Below are positions 35,821-48,865 of a stretch of 64,000 bases of DNA, in pieces. Origin of the DNA: Selaginella moellendorffii. Its lineage: Eukaryota; Plantae; Lycopodiophyta. A program made the position numbers and the translations under genes. Location of the stretch: the NCBI RefSeq assembly GCF_000143415.4, contig NW_003314299.1, positions 62,001 to 126,000 on the forward strand, in the 5' to 3' direction. The notes beneath the pieces are model-generated. The model made no database searches, was not told where the DNA came from, and was given only the letters and a program-made list of their open reading frames with translations. Numbering within the stretch: the stretch's first letter is position 1; each line of letters starts with the position of its first letter.

Positions 35821-38314
35821 TGACAAAGTGCCAGAAGGAGAGCAAAGAATGAATAGGATCTTTTCAGAAGGAATTGGAACAATTGCTTCATAAAAGAAAA
35901 AAGAAACACTAACTATATACTAGTTACATCCAGAATTTTCTTTTGAAATTTGCCACTGAATGTTGCCCTTGATTTCCATGATTCAAGGTGCTTATCACAC
36001 CTTGGATTTTGGCTCTAACACTCCTCATAAAGCCAAGGGTGTGACTGCTATTGCTACCTCCTTCTCCAGTCAAGGTTTGGCCACGACTTTAATAGAATTC
36101 TTGTGTTCCACAAATAGAACTTTAGCCAAAGGTTTTATAAAGATGTCAACAAGTTGTTGACAAAAAACATGCTGAACTATTAACAAACTTATGTGTACCA
36201 AATCCTTGACATAATGATAGTGTTTAGCAATATGTCGAGACTTCCAGTTGCACTTCACTATTGCACCATTTGATAGCTCTTTTGTTATCAACATGGAGAG
36301 TAATTGGTGTGGAGGATTGCTCAAGAGCTCTAAGAAATTCTTAAAACCAAAGAATTTCCCTGGAAGCAACTAAGGCAGCAAGATATTTTGCTTCTGTGGA
36401 GGAAAGAACAATGTGAGCTTGCTTTTTGCTGGCCCAAAGAACAAGGTTTGTTCCAAGTTGGAAACGAAACCCTATTGTGGATTTATAGCTATCTCTATCA
36501 TTTGATAGGCTGCTGTCATTGTAAGCAAAAAGAGAAAAACCACCACATGAGCCATACAATAGTCCAAAAGCAAGAGTTTGCTTTATATAGCGCATCATAG
36601 ATTTGGCCATGTCTAATGTTTCTTGCCAGGATTAGCAAAAAATTGGCTAAGAGTGATGACAATATAAACCAAATTTGGATGGCTACACACCATAGCGTAC
36701 ATTAAAATCCCAGAAAATTTCAAAATGGTACCTTTGCCATGGCTTGATACTCCTCTTTGCTGGAAAGACACTCAGCTTTTGTCAAGAACTTGATGTTACC
36801 AGGCTTTATAGGCAAATGAGAAGGATTGCAATTAGTATATCCATAACTCTCAAGTACCTTTGTTAAATATTGCTGTTGAGAGATGTGAAGGGACCTTATT
36901 TTCTTGTTATGGTGAATCTCAAGACTAAGAAAATATCAAGCTTCTCCAAAGTCCTCCATTAGCCTTGAAAATCTATAAATACTTGTAGTCGTTGCTAATC
37001 AAAAGTGAGTCGTCAATGTAGAGAGCAACAATAAGTAAAAACTTCCCTTCTTGCTTGATGTAGACATTAGATTTAGGAGTGATGGAAGAAAAACCTTCAA
37101 CTTTGAAGAAAACATCAATTTTCTGCCATTATGCTTTCAAGGCTTGCTTAAAGCCATAAAGAGCTTTATTGAGTTTCCATACAAGATGTTGCTTCCTAGG
37201 TTGGGTGTAGCCATCTGGCTATTGAATGTGGACATCTTCCTACAAGTCTCCATTCAGGAAAGTAGTCTTGATGTTAGTGTGATGAATCTTAAGATCAAAG
37301 TAAGTAGCAAAAGCAAGCAAAATTCGAACACTTGTTATTTTTACCACTAGAGAGTATGTCTCAAGATAATCCATGCCATATTGTTATTTGTAGTCTTGTG
37401 CAACAAGCCAAGCTTTGTGACAGTTAATAGAACCGTCAGAGTTGAGTTTCATCTTGTAGACCCATCAGCTACCAAGAGCTATAGTTCCAACTAAAAGAAC
37501 CACTTCATCAAAAGTGTGCATTGGAGTGATGGACTCAATTTCTTGGTCCATTGCTCGCTTCTAATGACTTGCATTGGGACTAGCCATAGCTTCCATGAAT
37601 GAGGAAGGCTCAAGTATACATGCAGTTGCACAAAACTCCAACAAATTAGAAGCAATAGCATAAGAGCATTTAACATTTTCAAGAGCTTTTCTACTTGGAA
37701 TTTTCACCCTTTTTCCTCGTCCAAGTGGCTCAAAAGTAGCCTCGTTGAATGCTAGAGATGCCATCGGAGTCAAAACAGTGTTAGATTTTAGAGGAGAAAG
37801 TTGAGTTGGGACTTTGATGACTAGATCAATTCCTCCTTGCTCAAGTGCTTTTTCGTGCTGAGCATCATCCCAAAAATCAGCATCAAGAATAGCATCATTC
37901 CAAAACCAAGAATTTGGAAAATTCACAAAATCAAGATCAGGAATAGAAGAGGATTGAGAGAAAAAAGGGGTTTCCTCAAAAAATACCACTTCTTCTTGCC
38001 TACAAACATGAACTGTGGCTGTCATAGGATCCATCAATCTGTAAGCATGAGAACTAGAATCAGACATGCCAACATCAAGCTTGCTATGCATAAAGCACTC
38101 TTCCGAGGTTATCTCTGGTTAAGGAGAAAAATAGCATACTTAACTGCCTGTACCCAAAACTTTTGTAGAGCGTGAGATTGCATCATGTTGTGTCTACAAT
38201 AGTGCGATTCTTGTGCTTTGCCACTCCATTATGCTGAGCTGTGTATGGTTCGGTGAGCTGATGCTAGATTCCAGCTTGGGAACAAATGCTATTAAAAGCA
38301 TTGTTCACAAATTC
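35821..38314 (-). mobile_element. Ty1/Copia element A, 3' part (integrase C-terminus, RT, RNase H, LTR 35821-36020), inverted
   Basis: EFVNNAF..HQLTEPYTAQHNGVA, IVALYIDDSL, WASKKQAHIVLSSTEAKY, PPT and 200-bp LTR followed by ATCAC on the minus strand. Confidence 0.88.
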
Positions 38315-38814
38315 AGGCATCGAATCAAACAGCTCTGTCACTCAACACAGATCTCCCACCTTGGCACCACGGTTGTCCATGAGATGATATCCAATGATGG
38401 CATTCCTCTAAACACTTCCATCGCTCTTTCCAAAAGCCCGCTTTTCACGTAGGCCTGGATCATTCCATTCCATGACACTCAATCCTTTCTGGGCATGCTT
38501 TGGAACACGCATCTTGCTTGAGCAATATCCCTGTTTCGAGCATATGCCACAAGGAGGATGTTCCACGACACCAAGTTCCTGTAGCTGATCCGATCGAAAA
38601 CCGCTCAAGCCTCCTCCATGGTGCCGCACTTTCCATACATTTCAATCACGAGATTCCACACATGCAAGCTTTTTTGCAGGTCCTTGTTCCGTTCTATCCT
38701 CGCATGGACTTTCCTCGCCTCACCGAAGTTTTTCGAGTTGCCGTACAATTTGATGGACCGGACAAGAGAATTAAAATTGCCTTGCGCTGGAATCGCCTGG
38801 AATCCCTGGATCAT
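38315..38814 (-). pseudogene. PPR N-terminal pseudogene fragment
   Basis: MIQGFQAIPAQGNFNSLVRSIK... followed by a stop. Confidence 0.85.
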
Positions 38815-39009
38815 TAATTTTCTACACCATCCTAGATATTACTTGCTCTGGCTTGACAATGGATCGTTAGGATCCAATATTTTCAATTGAGATTGTGTTT
38901 TGACTTCATACCTTTGGGTTTATATATCGCCATTCATACATGAGAGATTGATTTATTCGCAAGCCTTGGCAAGATTTATGGCCCGATCATCCACTTGAGA
39001 GGTGGAGTT

Positions 39010-42000
39010 TGTCAAGACCCCTGACAAGATCAAGACTGGAAAATGCAAAAAGACAAAGAGAAAAGCTAGTGGAAACAAAGAAGAAGCCTTAAACTGGCGT
39101 TGATTCAGATTGTGGAGAAATGGAACAAGGCTAACCTATATATACTATAGGTTGATGAAGCTCCACCACTCTTGGATCGAGGACGGCCTAAATATAGCTG
39201 AGGTCGAGGAGGCGCCACATCATCATCAGGAATGTGGCTCGAGACTCAGGAATCGGGAAGTGTCTCGAGAGTCAGGAATAGGGAAGTGTCTCGAGAGTCA
39301 GGAATGTGGTCTGCAGGTCAGGAATCCGGCAAGAGTTAGGAATGTGGCAAGAATTGGGGGATTCCTGACAGCACCCCCTCCTCAAGAACGAGTGGAACGA
39401 GGATGTGAACGAGAACGAAGAGGAGGATGAGATGAGCGGCGAGGGATGAGAGATGGAAAAAAAGAATGAGGACTGGGACGAGAAGGATAGCGGCGGTGGA
39501 AGTCCTGAACAAGGTCAGGAGAATGAATCAGGTTGTCCGCAGGTTCCCAAGTGCGTTCCTCAGGTCCGTAACCCTTCCAGTCCACCAGATAGTAGAGTTT
39601 AGACTGTGAAATCTTGGAATCAAGGATGTCCTGAACCTCGTACTCAGACCCATCCTCGAGCTGCACTGGTGGAGGCGGAGGAATGACCCGATTTGGAATA
39701 GGACTGGGAATATAAGGCTCAAGGAGAGAGGAGTGAAAAACGGGGTGAATTTGATATGAGGGAAGTGCAAGGTGATAAGTCACAGGATTAATGATGGCAG
39801 TGATAGGGAAAGGACCAAGGCGTTTGAAATCGAGTTTTGGACAGGGCCTGGTGGTGGAGATATTTCACCTGAGGAGCCAGACTTTATCCCCGATATTATA
39901 AGGGGGACAATCCTGACGATGGACATTGGCAAATGTTTTATGAGATTCCTGAGCACGATGGTGGTGGAAGGAGATGGAGTTGTGGATTTCCTGGAGGTTG
40001 GAGATAAATGCCTCAGAGCGGGGATTTGAACGAGAAGATTCAGATGGAGAAGGAAGTGAGAGATTGAATCGGGGATTTCGGCCAGAGTTCGCAAAGAAGG
40101 GGGAAACTCGAAGAGAGGAGTGAACAGAGTTGTTATAGGAGAACTCAGCAAGGGGAAGGATATCGAACCAGTTATCCTGATGATAGTTGATGAAGCACCT
40201 CAAGAATTGTTCCAACGTCTGAATCGTTCGCTCGGACTGCCCATCAGTTTGAGGATGATATGCCGAAGAGAGGTTGGCCTTCACTCCAAGCAGCTGCAAA
40301 AACCGTTGCCAGAAATGAGAGATGAACTGAGGCCCCCGATCCGAAACCACATCTGTAGGAATCCCATGAAGTCAGAAAATTTCCCTGAATACTAGTTTTG
40401 CCATGTCTTCGCCCGAAAACTCCTTGGTACATGACAAGAAGTGCGCCATCTTTGTGAAGCGATCCACCACGACTAAAATGCTGTTGAAGCCTCCAGAACT
40501 CGGAAGATCACTCAAGAAATCCATGGAGATGGATTCCCAAGGACCTGAAGGGACTGGAAGGGAACGAAGCAAACCTGAAGAAAGGTGGCGAGGTACCTTA
40601 TTCCGGGCACAAGTGTCACAGGAGGTAACAAAAGCTTTGATGTAGTCATCCATGTGAGGCCACCAAAAGTCCCGTGCAACTAGCTCATAGGTTTTCGCAA
40701 TGCCGAAGTGACCAGCAGTCGGGCTATCGTGGCACGCCATCAGGACCAACCTTCGAGCATCACCTTCAGGAACGTAAAGCTGCTCCCCACGGTACAATAA
40801 GCCATCTAAGAACTCGAACTCGTCAAATCGCCGGCAGTCGGGAGTCACTGGGTGTCCAGCCTGAAGATGGGGGAAGATGTCGCTAGCGAGTTCATCAGAT
40901 TGAAGATCGTTTCTGATTGCATCCATCAAGGAGGAGTCCTGAGGGGCCAGGGAAATTGCCATAACTTGAAGCCGATCAGGACCGAGGATAACTTGATCCT
41001 GTTGATTGAAGGCAGGATTACCAGGCCTGAGACTGAGATAGGAGCGCCTTGAAAGAGCATCAGGAAGGCCTTGAAACTTTCCAGGTCTGTACTTGATAAC
41101 AAAGTCAAACCGACTCAGGAATTGTGCCCACCTTGCTTGACGACGGCTTAAAACTCGGGAAGTGGCAAAGTACTCGAGATTTTTGTGATCCGTCCAGACT
41201 ATTGTTTGATGGCTCGCCCCCTCCAAGAAACGGTGCCACTGTCCAAAGGAATCCACGATGGCAAGGAGCTCCTTGTCGTGGATTTCGTAATTGATCTCCG
41301 CAGGCTGGAATTTCCGAGAAGGGAAAGCGACCGGATGAAGTTCGTGATCCGCTCCGAGTTGAGACAGCACAGCACCAATGGCAAAGTCGGAGGCGTCAGC
41401 CTTGATGAAGAAAGGTTGTGAGGAATCAGCATGGATCAAGACAGGAGCAGAACTGAAAGCCGCCTTGAGTGTGTCGAAGGCCTACTGGGCAGCAGCAAAC
41501 CAAGAGAAGGGAACATCCTTGCGAGTGAGATGTGTGAGAGGAAGGATAATGTCAAAGTAGTGATCAATGAATTTGCGGTAGAAGTTGGCGAAGCCAAGGA
41601 AAACCTGAACGTCCAACATTGATTGTGGAGGCTCCCATTCAAGAATAGTCTTGACTTTGGCAGGATCCATCGTGATACCCTCAGGAGTGACAAAGTACCC
41701 AAGGAACTCCACAGATTGCTGATCAAAGGAACATTTCTCAAGCTTCGCATATAGGCTGTGTTCTCGTAGCTTCGCTAGCACCTTGTGTACATGTTCATCA
41801 TGCTCCTCCTGAGTTTTTGAGTAGATGAGGATGTCATCGAGGTAGACGATCACCATCTGATCAAGAAACTCCCGAAAGATGTCGTTTGCCATGTGTTGGA
41901 AAACTGCTGAAGCATTTGTCAAGCCAAATGGCATGATAGTGTACTCGAAGTGGCCATAGCGGGTTCGGAACGCAGTCTTCCATTCATCACCAGGCCGGAT

Positions 42001-44538
42001 CTGGATCAGGTTGTATGCTCCACGGAGGTCGATCTTGGTGAAGAAGCGGGCACCGCCGAGGCGTTCCAACAGGTCCGAGATTAGGGGCAGCGGATAGCTG
42101 TTCCGAACAGTCACCTTGTTCAAACCTCGGTAGTCGATGACTAGCCGCAAGCTCCCATCCTTCTTCTTGACAAAGAAGACAGGTGCTCCAACCGGGGACT
42201 GCGAATGCTGAATGTAGCCCGAGGCAAGGTTCTCATCCACGTACTCTTTGAGGGCCTTAAGCTCGGACGGGGATAACCCGTAGATAGGCCCCCATGGAGG
42301 TGAAACTCCTTCCTGTAAATCAATGGGACAATCATAAGGCCGATGAACAGGCAGTACACTAGCTTTTTTCTTGTCAAACACATCCCCAAAATCATGATAC
42401 TTCTCAGGAAGACTGACAGGAGAAACATGCAAAGCAAAAAGAAAAAGAGGTTCTTCATGAAGGAGTTCTTTCATAGTGATTGTGGAGATAGGAGGAGGCG
42501 TACGACTAAATGGAATGATGAGACGAGGATACGGTCCAGTGTAAGATGGAAGAGAAGAAAAAGAAGAGGGTGAAAACTTTATAGAGTCAGGAACAGAACC
42601 CCGATTTGAGTTTAGGGAACTTTTCTTGATTCAGACTCGATGAACAGCAGGGGAAGCCGTGGGAGAGATGAGCTGTAATTCCTTCCAACAGATCTGAGGC
42701 TGATGTAGTTGGAACCAAGGAAGACCAGGCACCACAGAGGAGGACTTGCTGTTGATGATGTTGAAGGCGATATCGGTGACGGTGGACCCGATGTGTACTC
42801 GAACGGGCAACGTTTCCCTAAGTCCAGAAGATGGAGACACAAAATGCCCGCCGATGCCTTCAACCCTCAAATCCCATATGGTAGGAGAAAGAGGAACATG
42901 ATGTCGGGCAGCAAAGTCCGTGTCCATGAAGCAGGAAGTTGCACCCGAGTCCAGTAACGCCAGAGCCTTGAGTCCTGATTGTCCGGTGAAAGAAAGGAGA
43001 CATGGGACGCGGAAGTTGCGGGAATTGGTGGTGGCTTTGATGAAAGGTGGTGAGAAGCTTGATAAAGAAGAAAAGTGATTTTTATTCGGGGAGTCCAAAC
43101 AGACAGCTCTTACTCTGTTTGAACAGGGTCGTTTCCCGACTGCAATAGAGGTGGACTTTGAGGCAGAGTGAACTCGAGCAGTCAAGGAGGCTTCTTGGGA
43201 CATACAGCTGCTTTGTGATTAGGATCAGCACAATAGAGGCAAAGATTATGAGATATTCGACGTTGCTTCTCAGCAGGACTCAACTTCCCTCTAATGAGTC
43301 GGGGAGTACCAGAAATATCCATCAGAACCGAAGCAGTAGGTTCAGGAGTATGCCCTGAAGACTCAAGCTGGGATTCCTGAGTCTGGGACGGAAAAACAGC
43401 GGCGCGGTGACTTTCCTGACGACGTTCAAAGAGACGATTGTCACATTGAATAGCTTTGTTGATGGCATCCGATAGGTCCTTGGGATCCTCCATGGTGAGC
43501 AACAAATCCTTGACACCGTTGTTGAGGCCGAAACGAAATTGGTCAATCAGGGCCCGCTCATCCCACTGAGTGTCCAAAGCAAGGAGTTGGAACTCTGCAG
43601 CGTAGATCGAGGCAGGACGAGACCCCTGAGAGAGACGTCTCATCTTTGTGGTAGCAGCCCGAACCCGATCCGTCTCGCCAAAACATGCTTCAAGCTTCTC
43701 TTTGAACAATTGAAGATCCATTAGCTCTGGAACCACAACCCCTTTCATGCTCTTCTCCAGAAGAGGAGAAAACCATGACAAAGCTGCACCTTCGAGCAAT
43801 GTCCCAATCGCGCCGATTTGAGACTCGGGAGTAGGGTACCGCCGATGTTGAAGTGCGAAGATCAACTCCATCTGGTTCAGGAATCCGCGAAGCTCCGAAC
43901 GCTTGCCTGAAAATTTCGCCGGGAAGCTCATCTTTGGTTCAGGAACTTTGCTGGATCCTTGAGCCGAAAGTGAAGCAAGCTCCTGCTGCATGCAAAGAAG
44001 GGTCGCCTTCAGCTCGGTATTCTCAGACTGGATTTTTGCAAGGACTTCAGCAAAGAAATTAGGATGGCTTGGAGACTCCATTGGCAAGAAGAAAGAAAAA
44101 AGGGGGAAAAAAAGGCAAAGGTAATCAAACAATCAAAACAAAAATCAAAAAACGAAAAAACACAATCTGAATCAAACTATCAAGACCCCTGACAAGATCA
44201 AGACTGGAAAATGCAAAAAGACAAAGAGAAAAGCTAGTGGAAACAAAGAAGAAGCCTTAAACTGGCGTTGATTCAGATTGTGGAGAAATGGAACAAAGCT
44301 AACCTATATATACTATAGGTTGATGAAGCTCCACCACTCTTGGATCGAGGACGGCCTAAATATAGCTGAGGTCGAGGAGGCGCCACATCATCATCAGGAA
44401 TGTGGCTCGAGACTCAGGAATCGGGAAGTGTCTCGAGAGTCAGGAATAGGGAAGTGTCTCGAGAGTCAGGAATGTGGTCTGCAGGTCAGGAATCCGGCGA
44501 GAGTTAGGAATGTGGCAAGAATTGGGGGATTCCTGACA
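39010..44538 (-). mobile_element. Full-length Ty3/Gypsy chromovirus (Tcn1/Tf1-sushi-like), 361-bp LTRs 39010-39370 and 44178-44538, inserted in a CYP copy; several stops/frameshifts
   Basis: TSD GAGTT; LTRs differ at only ~3 positions by eye. Gag (CLYCADPNHKAAVC), protease LLDSGA, RT (YLDDILIYS), RNase H (ADASDFAIGAVL), integrase (WESISMDF, SDRGPQF) and chromodomain (YEVQDILD..YLVDWKGYGPEERTWEP). Confidence 0.95.
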
Positions 44539-44634
44539 GAGTTGTGGACTACATTATCATCAACTCCATCGCCATAACTCACAATTTGGAGTTTGCTTAT
44601 TGCCCAGCTAGTAAGTTTGGCTATGGTTTCAAAG

Positions 44635-45443
44635 CATAGCTTCAAAACAGGAACAGGAACACGAACACGGCATTCAATTTTTTGAACACGAACACGGAAC
44701 ACGGAAATGAACACGGATAAACACGGGTGAAAACACGAATATTCTCTAGAATACTCCTCATTAGCAGGATCATCATCTTCGTCTTTGTCCTCTTCTTCCA
44801 TAGCTTCAATATCAGTATCAGTAATTTGAGGAATACTTCCTGTCTAGCTCAATCCCACAAACTTGTCATAGGAAGTGTGGCTCCCTATCAACTTGGTATT
44901 ACTGGCCACAAATACCAAGTCTGCAATCCGGCTCACTGCTAAGCAATTCCTCTTCTTTGAAGTGATAGCAACTAAGAATCATAGCAATCTACAAAGATGC
45001 AGTGCCAAGCAGCTAAGAATTATGGCAGAAGCAATCCAAGGAGAAAATTTGGGAGAGAAAATCTACAAACCTAGAGACAATGATCAGGAATTTTTTGCAG
45101 CGAAATTAAGCATGGCTAAGCGCCATTCCTCCCACTCCAGCACTAGAATCCTAGAGAGGGCATTCCCAGCCCAAGAAAATCGCCATAAATTGCTGGAAAA
45201 ACCTTTTGATTGATCGCAAGACATAAAAACATCAAAGCGCAAAACGCTCACATGAACCACGTGAGCTATTGTTTTAGAACACGGCGTGGTCACACTGTAT
45301 TTGACCGTGTTTCAACTGTGTTTGGAGCCGTGTTTTGGAGCATTGACCGAGTCAATGAACATGGCCCATGTTAACACGGCTGGGGGCAGTGTTCGTGTCA
45401 CCACGCCAACACGCCGTGGTGCACGGCGTGTTTTGAAGCACTG
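44635..45443 (-). mobile_element. Non-autonomous hAT DNA transposon (809 bp)
   Basis: 8-bp TSD TTTCAAAG; imperfect 15-bp TIRs CA(TA/GT)GCTTCAAAACA; subterminal ACACG(G) repeats; minus-strand remnant KRNCLAVSRIADLVFVASNTKL resembling the hAT C-terminal dimerisation region. Confidence 0.88.
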
Positions 45444-46199
45444 TTTCAAAGACATCAAATCACGAGCAGGCACTTCATGAGCAACACGAGGCTGGATGGT
45501 TTTGCGGGGATCGACGAAATGGAGATGGCGAAATCGATCAAAGCCATTCAAAGCTCTGGTGATCATGCTGCCGTCACCTTGACCGATGCAGTCGGCAAAT
45601 TTATCTCGGATGCATTTTGTATGAGTCTCTTTGGCAGCACAGAGGAGAGAGTTTTGGATCTGGTAGCCCAAATCGAAAACCAAACACTCAACGTCAAGTC
45701 ACAACCTGTCAAGCACTCGGACCTCGTCAACTTACCTTACATCGAAGCGATCTTCGAATAAGTTTTGCGACTCCATCCAGTGGAAGCTCTTTGCGTTCCT
45801 CACCACAATCCATCCAAGGTAACAATCGCAGGCCACGACATCCCCAAGCACTGCACCCTTCTCATCTCAAACAGCACTGGGACGAGCCCGAGGTGTTTTG
45901 CTGGGAGCGTTTCCTGGGCGATCAAGCGAAATCCAACCAAGAACTCATGATGCCATTCCTGGCATGCCGATAGCTTCCCACGTGGTTCCTTTTGTGGTTG
46001 CAAGCTTGCTCCATGCGTTTGATTGGGCGAGATCAATTTGTCCGAGAGGTCGTCGGGAACTCTCTCGTGTATGCCGGCGTCCGACTTGGTGGCATTCGCA
46101 TCGGCAAGGCTCGAAACGTCTGTCTATGCCTGAGACAACGTTGTCTTTGAATTGCGTTCTAATGATCATAATCACTTGATGTTCTACGAAAATCCCATC

Positions 46200-47615
46200 T
46201 CTCATCCAAATGCCCGGGGCGAGCGTAGGCTGTGATCATCGCACTCCACCATCTCGGCCTGCGCGTATCCGACCACCATCGTCGTCCAGGCCACCACGTC
46301 CCGCTGCGGCATCTCGTCAAACAGCCTCTTTGCTTCCTCCATCTCGCCTCTTCTTGCGTAGGCCTGGATCAAGGTCGTGAATGACACGACGTTCCTCCTC
46401 GGCATTCTCTCAAACACGTCCCTGGCTTGTTCTACGTGACCATCTTGAGCATACGCTTGAACCATCGAGTTCCACGACACTGTGTCCGATTGAGGCATCC
46501 GATCAAATGCGGTCTTTGCTTGGACAAGCTCGCCTCTCTCCACGCTCGACTGGAGCATCACATCCCAGGAGATGGAGTTCCTCTCTTTCATTCTGTCAAA
46601 CAGCTCCCCGGGCCTCCTCCACGCGACCGTGATCCGTGTACGCTGTGATGAGCGCGTTCCAAGTTACCAAGTTCCTGTCCGGCATCCGATCGAAGATGGT
46701 CTTTGCGTCTTCAAGGAAACCATGCCTGGCGTAAGCGTTCATCATCGTCGTCCACGCGATCGCGTCGGGGCACTAGATTTTCTCGAACAAAGCTCTTGCT
46801 TCTTCCAAGTCTCCATTCTCAGTGTGGCCCCTACGACGTTCTCCATCGGCATCCTCTTGAACAAAGCTCTGGCCTTGGCAATCTCTCCTCCAGTAACGTA
46901 AGCCCGGATCATCGTCGTCCGCGACACCGAGTCTCGCAAGATCATGCTCTCGAAAACCTCTCTCGCCAGATCAAGTTGCCCGTTTCCTATCCCGCCACCA
47001 TAGCGTTCCACGAAACCACATCCTTGAGCGGCATGCAATCGAAGAGCTTCTTTGCCTCTTCCATTAATCCAGCCTTTTCATGACCCGTGAACATAGCGTT
47101 CCACGCGATCACATTCTTGTGAGGCATCGAATCAAACAGCTCTGTCGCTCGACCCCCGCCTTGCCAAATGCGGCAACCACGGTTGTCCACGAGACGATAT
47201 CCGGTTATGGCATCGCTCTAAACACTCCCATCGCTCGTTCCGAAAGCCCGCTTTTCACGTAGGCTGGATAATTCCTTTCCATGACACTCGATCCTTCCTG
47301 GGCATGCTCTGAAACACGCATCTTGCTTGAGCAATATCCCCGTTTCGGGCATATGCCGCAAGGAGGATGTTCCACGACACCAAGTTCCTGTCGCTGATCC
47401 GATCGAACACCGCTCGAGCCTCCTCCACGCTGCCGCACTTTCCATACATTTCAATCACAAGATTCCACAGATGCAAGCTTTCTTTCAGGTCCCTGTTCCG
47501 TTCTATCCTCGCATGGACTTTCCTCGCTTCGCCCAAGTTCTTCGAGTTGCCGTACGATTTGATGGACCGGACTAGAGAATTAAAATCGCCTTGCGCTGGA
47601 ATCGCCGGGAGTCCC
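46200..47615 (-). pseudogene. PPR pseudogene (sister of 33289-34700)
   Basis: Shares the SWKGIIQPT frameshift and other lesions with that copy. Confidence 0.85.
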
Positions 47616-47749
47616 TGAATCTACACCATCCCAGATATTACTCGCTCTGGCTTGACAATGGATCGTTATAGAATTCAATATTTTCAATTGAGATTTTTGA
47701 CTTCATACCTTTGGGTTTATAAATCGCCATTCATACACGAGAGATTGAT

Positions 47750-48510
47750 TTATTCCGTGCTTGCTCTACACTTCATCCTTTGCAATGTGAGAACTCTTCG
47801 AAGATTACCACCAGGTCCGCTAATTGTTGGATCCATTTTCTCTCTAAGATATCCACTCCATCGCTGTTCCCGATCATCCACCTGAGAGGAGAGTGGTGGA
47901 CTACATTGTCCAGCTATGGCTTCAAAGACATTGACTCTTGCTCCATGTCGTGAGTCCTGGAAGAACCTTAAGCAAATCACGAACAGGCACTTGATGAGCA
48001 ACACGAGGCTGGATGGTGTTGCGGGGATCTACGAACTAGAGATGGCAAAATCGATCAAAGCCATTCACAGCTCTGGCAATCATGCTCCCGTCAACCTGAC
48101 TGATGCAGTCACCAAGTTTATCTCGGATGCATTTTGTATGATTCTCTTTGGCAGCATAGAGGAGAGAGTTTTGGATCTGGTAGCCCAAATCGAAAAGCAA
48201 ACACTCAACGTCAAGTCACAACCTGTCAATCACTCGGACCTCGCCTTACATTGAAGCAATCTTCAAATAAGTGTTGTGACTCCATCCAGTGGGAGCTCTT
48301 GGCGTTCCTCACCACAATTTATCCAAGGTAACATCTTCAGGTTCAAGCACTGCATCGTTCTCATCTCATACGGCACTGGGACGAGCCAGAGGTGTTTCGC
48401 CCGGAGCGCTTCCTGGGGGATCAAGTGAAATCCAACTCGGGCATGCCGATAGCTTCCCGTGTGGTTCCTTTTGTGGTTGAAAACTTGCTCCATGCGTTTG
48501 ATTGGAAGAG
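47750..48510 (+). pseudogene. CYP450 pseudogene (sister of the 19975 copy)
   Basis: Same deletions (PPGPLIVG; HSDLALH*). Confidence 0.85.
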
Positions 48511-48524
48511 TTCAGGCAGAAGTC

Positions 48525-48865
48525 TGAATCTCTCTCGTGTTCCTAGCAGCAAAACCATATCCTTGAGAGGCATGCGATTGAAGAGCTTCTTTTCCTCTTC
48601 CAGTTTCCAAACCTTATAACCTGTGATCATAGCATTCCATGTGATCACATTCTTATAAGGCATCGAATGAAACAGCTCCATCGCTCCCGCTTTGGCAAAT
48701 GCAGCTACCACCCTTGCCCATGAGACTATATCTGGTGATGATTGCTCTAAACACTTCAAACACTCTTTCAAATGCCTGTTTTTCACATAGGCCTGGATCA
48801 TTCCATTCTATGGCACTTGATCCTTCCTGGGCATGCTCTGGAACATGCATCTTGCATGAGCAATC
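48525..48865 (-). pseudogene. Diverged PPR fragment
   Basis: ORF 48421..48801; paralog of 16260-16625. Confidence 0.75.

Larger units (their letters stand above)
38955..46133 (+). pseudogene. CYP450 pseudogene interrupted by Gypsy (39010-44538) and hAT (44635-45443)
   Basis: CYP sequence resumes precisely after each TSD. Confidence 0.85.

Noticed and set aside
39110-39430. 106-aa ORF repeated at 44278
   Set aside because: Lies within the Gypsy LTRs and their short internal repeats; non-coding.
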